Of a stretch of 64,000 nt of DNA, positions 49,986 through 58,121 are shown piece by piece. The notes under the pieces were generated by a model. It was given only the letters and a program-made list of their open reading frames with translations, made no database searches and was not told the DNA's origin. A program made the translations under genes and the position numbers. This DNA comes from Myxococcota bacterium (GTDB taxonomy: Bacteria; Myxococcota_A; UBA796; UBA2385). How positions within the stretch are numbered: the first letter of the stretch is position 1; each line of letters opens with the position of its first letter. The DNA lies in NCBI GenBank assembly GCA_044344255.1, contig JBIJDH010000014.1, positions 128,001-192,000 of the forward strand, in the 5' to 3' direction.

Positions 49986-52088
49986 ATGCGAGCCACGCCG
50001 CGCCTCGTCCCCCCTGCCGTCCGGGCCGTCACCGCGCTGCTGACCGCCGCTCCGCTGACCGCAGCGCTGCTCGGCTGTCGACCCGATCCCGTCGGCTTCA
50101 CGCTCTACGCCGGGGCCGACTCCGTCGAGGCCGTGAGCGCCTTCGCCCGCTCCACCCCGGGCGACCTCGTCGTGCACCAGGAGTACGAGCCGGTGCACGC
50201 CCTCGACGATCGGGAGCGCGACCGCCTCGGGGTGGCGGTGGTGCTCGACCTCGAGGGGGAGGGGGTCTACCGCATCGGGGGCGAGGAGCGGGCCTGGACG
50301 ATCCACGCCAGCGACCGCCTCGGCGCGCAGTACGGCCTCGCCGACCTCTTCGAGCAGCTCGGCTACCGCTTCTTCCACCCCTTCGACACCCGCGTCCCCG
50401 ACGCCCTCGATCCGAGCCTCGTGGCGCTCGACGACACCGCCCACGCCCCCGCCATCGCCCGCCGCGGCCTCCACCTGCACACGCTCCACCCCATCGAGGG
50501 CCTCGACGCCTTCTGGACCGGCGGCGAGGAGGGCCTCGACCGGGCCGAGCGCATCCTCGACTGGACGGTGAAGAACCGCGCCAACTACATCGAGTGGGTG
50601 GCCCTCGACGACATCGAGAGCAGCCCCACCCGGGCCGCCGAGTGGGCCGACTACACCGCCTCCGTCAACGCGCTCGCCCACCGCCGCGGCCTCACGACCG
50701 GCCTAGGCGTGCAGCTCTTCGGCAGCGGGAACCTGCAGCGGGCCTTCGATCTCATCGACTCGCCCACCACCACCGCCGCCAACACGGCCTCTATCGACGA
50801 GCGCCTCGGCGTCGCCCTCACCGGGACAGACTTCGATCGTATCAACCTGTCCTTCGGGGAGTTCTTCGCGGAGGAGCCCTCCCTCTTCATTGACACGGTC
50901 AATCAGACCCTCCGCTCGGCGCGGGCCATCGACCCCGAGGTCGAGATGGCCGCCACCGTCCACGTCGGCGGCGAGCTCACCGTCACCTATGAGGGTGAGG
51001 AGCTGCCCTACTACTTCCTCGTGAAGTACGCCGATCCCGAGATCGTGCCCCTCCTCCACACGGTGATGTACTACAATCTCTACGAGGACGCGGGCGGAGC
51101 CTACGCCCAGGCCGACTTCTCCGAGCACCGCGAATTTATCGAGGCGCGCATCCGGTCTGGGGAGCCGGTCGGCTATTACCCAGAGACAGCCTATTGGGTC
51201 GCCTTCGATGACTGTGTACCCACTTACCTCCCCCTCTATATGCGCTCCCGTGGCCTCGACCTCGACCGCCTGGCCGAGGTGGGCACCCTGCCCGAGCACC
51301 TGCTCTTCAGCACCGGCTGGGAGTGGGGCTACTGGCAGAACGACGCCGCCTCGCTGCGGCTGAGCTACGATCCGAGCCCCGGCTGGCAGGGGGAGACCGA
51401 GCACTTCTATGCCCCATGGGGGAGCGCGGGCGCCCAGGTCTCGGCGATCATCGAGGCGCTGGCCGAGGCCGAGCACCGCTACCTGATCGAGCAGCGTCTC
51501 GCCGGTTACCTCGCCGGTCGGGACGCCGTGATGGACCTCGGCTACAAGGCGGGCATCGTCTCGCAGCCCGAGCGCCTCACCGCGGCGCAGATCGTCGCCC
51601 TGGACACGGCGGGCCTCGCCGACTTCCAGGCGACGGTGGTGGAGCCCCTCGCCGCGATGGCCGACGAGCTCACCCCGCTCCAGGGCGCGATGGCCGAGCT
51701 CTCCCTCCCCGACGGCTCCCCAGCCAAGGACGACCCCTGGCTCGCCGAGGTGCGCGACGGCGTCATCATCACCGCCACCCGCGCCCGCTACGTGGCCGCC
51801 CTGGCCGCGGCCGCCCACGCATTCGCCTCGGGCGGCGAGGTCGAGGTGGCGCTCGCCCAGGCCGAGGCCGAGCTCGGCGCCGCCCGGGGTGTTGTGGACG
51901 AGCGGCACGCCCACCTCCACGACCCCGCCGGCGCGACGCTCATCTCCCCCGACTGGGACAACCCCACCATCTACGACTACGGCTACCTCCTACGGGCCGA
52001 CGAGCTCTGCTTCTGGGAGCGAGAGCGCGCCGAGCTCGACGTCGTGATGGGCCTGCCCGACATCACCGTCCCGGCCTGCGCCTTGTAG
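49986..52088 (+). CDS. Hypothetical lipoprotein, possibly glycoside-hydrolase-like (GH20/GH67-type N-domain followed by a barrel)
   Basis: Lipobox LLGC; EGVYRI...IHASDRLGAQYGL...P....RGLHLH pattern. Function unconfirmed. Confidence 0.6.
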   Translation: MRATPRLVPPAVRAVTALLTAAPLTAALLGCRPDPVGFTLYAGADSVEAVSAFARSTPGDLVVHQEYEPVHALDDRERDRLGVAVVLDLEGEGVYRIGGEERAWTIHASDRLGAQYGLADLFEQLGYRFFHPFDTRVPDALDPSLVALDDTAHAPAIARRGLHLHTLHPIEGLDAFWTGGEEGLDRAERILDWTVKNRANYIEWVALDDIESSPTRAAEWADYTASVNALAHRRGLTTGLGVQLFGSGNLQRAFDLIDSPTTTAANTASIDERLGVALTGTDFDRINLSFGEFFAEEPSLFIDTVNQTLRSARAIDPEVEMAATVHVGGELTVTYEGEELPYYFLVKYADPEIVPLLHTVMYYNLYEDAGGAYAQADFSEHREFIEARIRSGEPVGYYPETAYWVAFDDCVPTYLPLYMRSRGLDLDRLAEVGTLPEHLLFSTGWEWGYWQNDAASLRLSYDPSPGWQGETEHFYAPWGSAGAQVSAIIEALAEAEHRYLIEQRLAGYLAGRDAVMDLGYKAGIVSQPERLTAAQIVALDTAGLADFQATVVEPLAAMADELTPLQGAMAELSLPDGSPAKDDPWLAEVRDGVIITATRARYVAALAAAAHAFASGGEVEVALAQAEAELGAARGVVDERHAHLHDPAGATLISPDWDNPTIYDYGYLLRADELCFWERERAELDVVMGLPDITVPACAL

Positions 52089-52143
52089 GCCTCCTCCGGG
52101 GCCCGCCCTTGCGGGGCCGGGTTGCCTCCGGTAGGCTCGCCCG

Positions 52144-52797
52144 ATGTTCGGGCTCCTCCTGCCGCTGCTGCTCTCCCAACCCGCTGGCGCGACCGACGTC
52201 TACTCGGCCGAGCTCTCGGACGGCAGCGTCTCCTTCACGGACTCCCCGCAGCACACCGGCTTCTCGCTCCTGTTCTCCGACAAGCCGATGCCGGAGCCGA
52301 GCAAGGCCACCGTGCGGAATTTCCCCATGCGCGACGCCTGGGACGAGGAGATCCTCGACGCCTCGCGCCGCTACGGCGTGCCGGCCGAGCTGATCAAGGC
52401 CGTCATGATGACCGAGAGCGGCATGAACCCCGAGGCCCGGTCGCGCTCCGGCGCCATGGGCCTGATGCAGCTCATCCCCAGCACCGCCAAGGCGATGGGG
52501 GTAGAGGACGCCTGGGACCCCATCCAGAACATCGACGGTGGGGCCCACTACCTCAAGCTGCAGCTGGACCGCTTCGGCGACATGCGGCGGGCCGTGGCGG
52601 CTTACAACGCCGGTCCCCGCAACGTCGAGAAGTTCGGCGGGATACCCCCCTTCGAAGAGACCCAGCTCTACGTCCCCCGTGTGATGGCGCTCTACGACAT
52701 GTTCCGCGGCGCCGGCCTGCTCCAGAAGATGGAGCTCACGGTCCTCACGCCTCCGCCCGCCCTTGATGGCCCCCCGCCCGAAACGGGCCTGGAATGA
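52144..52797 (+). CDS. Lytic transglycosylase (SLT domain)
   Basis: AVMMTESG, GAMGLMQL, NIDGG, AAYNAG and PPFEETQ.YV. Confidence 0.93.
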   Translation: MFGLLLPLLLSQPAGATDVYSAELSDGSVSFTDSPQHTGFSLLFSDKPMPEPSKATVRNFPMRDAWDEEILDASRRYGVPAELIKAVMMTESGMNPEARSRSGAMGLMQLIPSTAKAMGVEDAWDPIQNIDGGAHYLKLQLDRFGDMRRAVAAYNAGPRNVEKFGGIPPFEETQLYVPRVMALYDMFRGAGLLQKMELTVLTPPPALDGPPPETGLE

Positions 52798-53384
52798 CGA
52801 TGTCTTGGATGAAGAGCAAGGGCTTCTGGAACCTCCCCAACACCATCACGGTGGGCCGGGTCGTGCTCGTCCCGCTGATGGTGGTGCTGCTCTGGGACGT
52901 GCCGAGCGCCCTCGAGTGGAAGATCTCCTTCGTCGTCTTCGTGGGCGCGATGCTGACCGACATCGTCGACGGTTGGCTCGCCCGCAAGTGGGACCTCCAG
53001 AGCCCGGCCGGCGCCTACCTTGACCCTCTGGCCGACAAGCTGATGGTGGGCACCACCCTCATCATGCTGGTGCCGCTCGGCTACCTGCCCGCCTGGCTGG
53101 TCGCGCTGCTCATCGCCCGCGAGAGCGCCATCACCGGGCTCCGCGGCATCGCCAGCCAGGAGGGCATGGTGATCAGCGCCTCCACCCTCGGCAAGTTCAA
53201 GACGGCCTACCAGGGCACCGCGCTCGGCTTCGTCCTCTTCCACGAGCCGCTGTTCGGGATGAACCCGCCCTCCACCGGGCTCTTCCTGCTCTACATCTCG
53301 ACCTTCTTCTCCCTCATCAGCGCCGCCGAGTACCTCTACCAGTTCTTCAAGCTCTCCTCGAAGAAGGTGCTCTCCTCCTCCTGA
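52794..53384 (+). CDS. pgsA: CDP-diacylglycerol--glycerol-3-phosphate 3-phosphatidyltransferase
   Basis: NLPNTIT.GR, TDIVDGWLAR...GAYLDPLADK and GKFKT. Confidence 0.93.
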   Translation: MTMSWMKSKGFWNLPNTITVGRVVLVPLMVVLLWDVPSALEWKISFVVFVGAMLTDIVDGWLARKWDLQSPAGAYLDPLADKLMVGTTLIMLVPLGYLPAWLVALLIARESAITGLRGIASQEGMVISASTLGKFKTAYQGTALGFVLFHEPLFGMNPPSTGLFLLYISTFFSLISAAEYLYQFFKLSSKKVLSSS

Positions 53385-53408
53385 ATCCGGATCGAGTCCA
53401 GATGGGGT

Positions 53409-54452
53409 TCAAAGGAGGACGACCTCGCTGTAGGGGCAGAGCGCGCCCTCGGGGCTCTGGAAGAGCCAGTCCCCGCCCTCCCGCGAGACGGTGAAGGGCA
53501 TCTGGCCGAGCGGGATCTTGCCCTGGCCGCCGGGCAGGTCGAGCACGTAGGTGGGCAGGCACAGCCCCGACAGGCGTCCCCGGAGCGCCGCCATCAGCGC
53601 GAGCCCCTGGTCGATGGGCGTGCGCAGGTGGGCGAGCCCGCGCGTCAGATCGCAATGGTGCAGGTAGTAGGGCTTGACGCCGAGCGTGTAGACGAGGGCC
53701 TCGAAGAGCTCCGAGAGCGCGCCCACGCTGTCGTTGACGCCGCGCAGCAGCACCGTCTGGTTGAGGAGGAGGAAGCCCGCCTCGCGCAGGCGCCGCGCGG
53801 CCTCCGCCGTCTCGGGGCCGATCTCGCGGGCGTGGTTGAAGTGGGTGACCACCGCCACCTGGAGGCGCCCGCCCCCGCGGAGCGCGCGCACGAGGCCCGC
53901 GTTCACCCGCCCCGGCTGCACCACGGGCAGCCGGCTGTGGACGCGCAGCAGCCGGAGGTGGTCGATCTGCTCGAGCTGCTGGCAGAGCGCCTCGAGGGCC
54001 GCGTTGCTGAGCACCAGCGGATCTCCGCCGGTGAGGATGACCTCGCGGAGCTCGGGGTGGGCCCGGATGTAGTCGAGGGCGGGCGTGAGGGTGTCGGCCG
54101 AGTAGGGATCGGAGGAGAGCAGGGACTCCTTCCGGAAGCAGTGCCGGCAGTAGACCGCGCACTGGTAGGTGGGCACGAGCAAGACGCGGTTCGGGTAGCG
54201 GTGGGTGAGCCGCGGCGCCGGGCTGTGGGCGAGGTCACCGATGGGGTCCTCCACCTCGCGGGGATCGACGGTGAGCTCGGCGAGCTCGGGCACCACCTGC
54301 CGCCGGATGGGGTCAGAGGGGTCGGCGGGGTCGATCCGATCGAGGTAGGCGCCGGGGGCCCCCACGGGGAAGACCGCCGCCACCTGTGCGGCCCCGGCGG
54401 CCTCCGCCTCGGTGAGGGTCAGGCGGGAGAGCGGGCGGGGAGCGGGCTTCAT
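53409..54452 (-). CDS. KamA family radical SAM protein (lysine 2,3-aminomutase/EpmB-like)
   Basis: HRYPNRVL, CAVYCRHCFR, LTGGDPL, HFNH, NQTVLLRGVND and PGGQGK; GGAGG RBS before ATG 54452. Confidence 0.9.
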   Translation of the reverse strand: MKPAPRPLSRLTLTEAEAAGAAQVAAVFPVGAPGAYLDRIDPADPSDPIRRQVVPELAELTVDPREVEDPIGDLAHSPAPRLTHRYPNRVLLVPTYQCAVYCRHCFRKESLLSSDPYSADTLTPALDYIRAHPELREVILTGGDPLVLSNAALEALCQQLEQIDHLRLLRVHSRLPVVQPGRVNAGLVRALRGGGRLQVAVVTHFNHAREIGPETAEAARRLREAGFLLLNQTVLLRGVNDSVGALSELFEALVYTLGVKPYYLHHCDLTRGLAHLRTPIDQGLALMAALRGRLSGLCLPTYVLDLPGGQGKIPLGQMPFTVSREGGDWLFQSPEGALCPYSEVVLL

Positions 54453-54504
54453 CGTCCTCCGAGTCATCCACCGAAGATTCCACCGTGCGGGCGCGGGGCC
54501 GCGC

Positions 54505-55107
54505 TCAGAACGCGACACCGTAGTCGAGGCCCAGGTAGGGGAAGGCCGGGACGGCCGCGATGTCCGCCGCCGAGGGGTTGTGCGGCGGGTTGCAGCTGTT
54601 CAGCTCCTGATCGCGCCCGGTGGGCACCCCCTCACAGAGGGGGGAGAGGTTCTCCTGCACGCGCACCGCCACCCCGAGCACGAAGCGGAGGCGGAACCAA
54701 GCCCAATTGCCCTCGACGGCGCCCTCGGCGTTGAGCCAGGTGGCGGTGTAGATCTTGCTCGCGTCGACGTCGGCCTCATCGGCGTGCGGCGGCTCGTAGC
54801 CCACCGGCCGACCGTTCAGCGCGAGGGAGGGGCCGGCGGCGGCGGTGAGCATGCCGTGACCGCGCTGGCCGAAGGGGTGGTAGAAGCGGCCCATCGCGGT
54901 GGCCTGCCAGCCCGTGAAGCCGAGCCCGCCGCCCGCCTCGACCCCCCAGCGGGGATCGAGCTGGTAGGAGAGGCGGCCCCCCATCAGGCCCGTCGGCGCG
55001 CCGAAGCCGCTGTCGAGCCAGATCGAGATCGGGCGCTCGACCGCGCCCTCCTCCGCCCGCGAAGGGGGAGTGCAGACCATCCAGAACACGGACAACAACG
55101 ACAACAT
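54505..55107 (-). CDS. Hypothetical protein, probable small outer-membrane beta-barrel
   Basis: AGGAG RBS, signal peptide, alternating amphipathic strands and C-terminal YLGLDYGVAF. Confidence 0.6.
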   Translation of the reverse strand: MLSLLSVFWMVCTPPSRAEEGAVERPISIWLDSGFGAPTGLMGGRLSYQLDPRWGVEAGGGLGFTGWQATAMGRFYHPFGQRGHGMLTAAAGPSLALNGRPVGYEPPHADEADVDASKIYTATWLNAEGAVEGNWAWFRLRFVLGVAVRVQENLSPLCEGVPTGRDQELNSCNPPHNPSAADIAAVPAFPYLGLDYGVAF

Positions 55108-55261
55108 CGAGGCTCCTGACGGCGAGGTGCACCGCGTCCGGCTCCCGCCGAACCGCGACCTCGCCTCCCGGCGACCGCCCCGCCCACCGCGACCTTAACC
55201 GCAGGTACACTCCGTCGTCGCGCCCCAACGCCCCTCTGGGTGGCCCAATCGCGAGGTACCT

Positions 55262-56527
55262 CTGCGCCCCCCCTCCCCTTGTCTCCCCGCCTGCACGGCG
55301 CTCCAGCGGGCGCTCTTCGTCGGGGTGGCCGCCTCTGCGGCCTGCCGCGGGGAAGGAGAGGACTGGGCGCCGGTGCAGGCGCAGATCCGGGCCGCCGACC
55401 CCGAAAGACGCTTCGAGGAGGGGATCCACAGCCGAACTCTGGGGCGCCTCGATCGGGAGGAGCGCTGCGAGACCTGCCACGCCGCCACGCTCCCCGGCCT
55501 CACCTCGCTCGGGCCGCTGGGCACGCACCCCGAGGGCGCCCACCTCCTCGGCGCGCACGACCCCGCCCTCTTCGGCTGCGTCACCTGCCACGGCGGCGAC
55601 GGGGAGGCCCTCCGCTCGGAGCTCGCCCACCGGAGCGAGGCGGAGCGCCCCTTCCGCGCGCGCCCGGAGGCGGCATGTTTCGGCTGTCACCCCGCAGGCG
55701 TGGCGGGCGCGCCCACCCTCACCCTCGGCCTCGAGACCCTCCGCGCGCGGGGCTGCGCCGCCTGTCACGACTGGGAGGGCGCCCCCGCGGGCCCTCGGGC
55801 CGGACCGCTCACGCGCCTCGCCGCCGCGACCGGCAACCACCCCGAGCGGATGACCGACTGGCTCCTGCTCTCGCACCGCCCCGGCCTCGGGCTGCGCGCC
55901 GAGCCCCTCCATGACCTCGTCACCTGGCTGCGCTTCGTCTCTGACGCCGTCGAGCTCCCGACCGCCCCGCACGGCGACGAGGCCCGCGGCGCTGCGCTGC
56001 TCGCCCCCTGCTTCGACTGCCACGGCGAGGGCGCGAGCGCCGTCGAGGGGCTCGGCCAGCGCCTCGATCGGGACTGGCTCTACGCCTTCCTCCAGGCCCC
56101 CGCCGCCACCCTGCCCGGCAGCCACCACCCGGCCACGCCGAGCCCCGCGGACGCCGCCGACCTCGTCGCCGCGCTCACCCACGCCCCCGCCGAGCGCGAC
56201 CTCCAAGACGTCGACATCGCCGCCGCCGGCCGCGGGGCCTCGCTGGCCCGAAAGCAGGCCTGCGGCGCCTGCCACGCCCTCCCGGTCGAGCTCCCCCTCC
56301 CGCCGCGTCCGGCCGGCTTCCCGCCGCGCACCGGGAGCGCCCATGGCTGGGGGGCCGAGCCCCTCCCCGACCAGCTCTGGTTCCCCCTCTCCGTCGCCGA
56401 GGCCGAGGCCCTCGACCTCACCCTCGAGGCCATCCGCCAGCCCCCACCCGAGGCCGCCCGCCTCCGGCCCGGCGCCCCCCCCGATGAAGGTTGGGGATCC
56501 ACCGTGCGGCGCTGGCTCGGGGGCTGA
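55262..56527 (+). CDS. Multiheme c-type cytochrome (6 CxxCH), probable lipoprotein
   Basis: CETCH, CVTCH, CFGCH, CAACH, CFDCH and CGACH. Start uncertain: GTG 55325 in the track, or in-frame CTG 55262, which restores a signal peptide. Confidence 0.8.
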   Translation: MRPPSPCLPACTALQRALFVGVAASAACRGEGEDWAPVQAQIRAADPERRFEEGIHSRTLGRLDREERCETCHAATLPGLTSLGPLGTHPEGAHLLGAHDPALFGCVTCHGGDGEALRSELAHRSEAERPFRARPEAACFGCHPAGVAGAPTLTLGLETLRARGCAACHDWEGAPAGPRAGPLTRLAAATGNHPERMTDWLLLSHRPGLGLRAEPLHDLVTWLRFVSDAVELPTAPHGDEARGAALLAPCFDCHGEGASAVEGLGQRLDRDWLYAFLQAPAATLPGSHHPATPSPADAADLVAALTHAPAERDLQDVDIAAAGRGASLARKQACGACHALPVELPLPPRPAGFPPRTGSAHGWGAEPLPDQLWFPLSVAEAEALDLTLEAIRQPPPEAARLRPGAPPDEGWGSTVRRWLGG

Positions 56528-56621
56528 ACCGGCCACGAAGGCACTGTCCGAGAGACAATTCAACAATCGACGAACGAACCGGTGCCCTTCGCCGCCGCGA
56601 CCGGCGGGATAAGCCCCGCCG

Positions 56622-57989
56622 ATGAGCACCGACTCCCCCAACCGCCCCGCCCCCATCTCCCCCGGCCCCCTCCCGCCGGGGGCGCGCCTCAGCCGTGAGC
56701 GGCTCATCGCCACCTTCCAGGCCTACGGCAAGCCCCGGGAGCGCTGGCGCGTCGGCGGCGAGTTCGAGCGCGCGGTGGTGCGGGGGGACGGCCGCCCCGT
56801 CGCTTACGACGACGAGGACGGGATCCGCTGGATCCTCCGCCGCCTCTCCGAGCTCGAGGCGGGCTGGGCTGACTACGAGGAGGAGGGCAAGCTCATCGCC
56901 CTCATCCGCCCCGACTCCTCGAGCATCACCCTCGAGCCGGGCGGGCAGGTCGAGCTCTCAGGCGCGCCCCACCACAGCCTGCTTGCCCTCGCCCGCGAGA
57001 TGAACGAGAACCGCGCCGCGATGCTGGCCCTCGCCGAGGGCCACGATCTGCGCTGGATCGCCTGCGGGCTCAGCCCGATCTGCGACATGGACGACGTGAG
57101 CTGGATGCCCAAGGGGCGCTACCGCGTGATGCGCGAGTACCTGCCTCGGTACGGTGACCTCGCGCACTTCATGATGAAGGGCACCTGCAGCGTGCAGGCC
57201 AACTTCGACTACGCCGATGAGGCCGACTGCGCCCGCAAGGTGCGCCTCTGTGCGGGCATCGCCCCCCTCACCACCGCGATCTTCGCCAACTCCCCGCTCT
57301 ACAAGAACCAGGACACCGGCTTTCAGAGCTACCGCGGCCATGTCTGGACGCGGACAGACCCCGCCCGCACCGGCTTCCCGCCCGGGCTGCGCGCCGACTA
57401 CACGCACGAGCGCTGGGTCGACTATCTGCTCGACGTCCCGATGATGTTCTACAAGCGGCGCGGCGAGTGGACGCCCGCCCACGGCCGGAGCTTCCGCAGC
57501 TACATGGAGGCGGGCATCGACGGCCACTTCCCCAACGACGAAGACTGGGCCCTGCACCAGACCAGCGTCTTCCCCGAGGTGCGCATCAAGCACACCATCG
57601 AGGTGCGGGGCGCCGACTGTGTGGGCCCCGAGCTCGCCCTCGGCTTCTGCGCCTTCTTCACCGGGCTGCTCTACAGCGAGGCAGCGCTCGACGCCGGCCT
57701 CGCGCTGGCCGAGGCCTTCGAGCAGGAGGGGGAGCGCGAGCAGCGCTTCGACATGGCAGCGCGGCTCGGCCTCGGCGGCGTCGTGGGGGGGCGCAGCCTC
57801 GCGAGCTGGTCAGCCGAGCTCGGCCGCATCGCCCAGGCTGGCCTCGCCGAGGTCGAGCCGGCGGCCCTCCCCCTCCTCGAGCCCCTGCTGGCGCAGATCG
57901 CGACCGGCAAGAGCCCCGCGGAGTCCGTGCTCGACGCCTGGCGCCGAGATCCCTCCCCCGGGTCGGTCTTGGCCGCGGTAGCCTACTGA
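56622..57989 (+). CDS. gshA: Glutamate--cysteine ligase (GCS2, plant/alphaproteobacterial type)
   Basis: ITLEPGGQVELSG, MPKGRY..M..Y, MM.GTCSVQANFD, FANSP and FPEVRIK..IEVRGAD. Confidence 0.92.
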   Translation: MSTDSPNRPAPISPGPLPPGARLSRERLIATFQAYGKPRERWRVGGEFERAVVRGDGRPVAYDDEDGIRWILRRLSELEAGWADYEEEGKLIALIRPDSSSITLEPGGQVELSGAPHHSLLALAREMNENRAAMLALAEGHDLRWIACGLSPICDMDDVSWMPKGRYRVMREYLPRYGDLAHFMMKGTCSVQANFDYADEADCARKVRLCAGIAPLTTAIFANSPLYKNQDTGFQSYRGHVWTRTDPARTGFPPGLRADYTHERWVDYLLDVPMMFYKRRGEWTPAHGRSFRSYMEAGIDGHFPNDEDWALHQTSVFPEVRIKHTIEVRGADCVGPELALGFCAFFTGLLYSEAALDAGLALAEAFEQEGEREQRFDMAARLGLGGVVGGRSLASWSAELGRIAQAGLAEVEPAALPLLEPLLAQIATGKSPAESVLDAWRRDPSPGSVLAAVAY

Positions 57990-58024
57990 CCCCTCGGCGG
58001 CGGGCCCCGAGCTCCCCCCGAGCG

Positions 58025-58109
58025 CCCGAAAGAACGCGAGACCCGAAAGAACGGGAGACCCGAAAGAACGGGAGACCCAAAGGAACGAGAGACCCGAGGG
58101 AACCGGAGA
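58025..58109 (+). repeat. 17-bp tandem repeat x5 (consensus CCCGAAAGAACGGGAGA)
   Basis: cccgaaagaacgcgaga cccgaaagaacgggaga cccgaaagaacgggaga cccaaaggaacgagaga cccgagggaaccggaga; no spacers. Confidence 0.9.
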
Positions 58110-58121
58110 GTTGAGGACCAG

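Noticed and set aside
53409..54452. Assigning the symbol epmB or kamA
   Set aside because: The family is clear, but there is no efp/epmA or lysine-fermentation context in the window to choose between them.
58025..58109. Possible CRISPR array
   Set aside because: The 17-bp units are contiguous with no unique spacers, too short for CRISPR repeats, and no cas genes are present.
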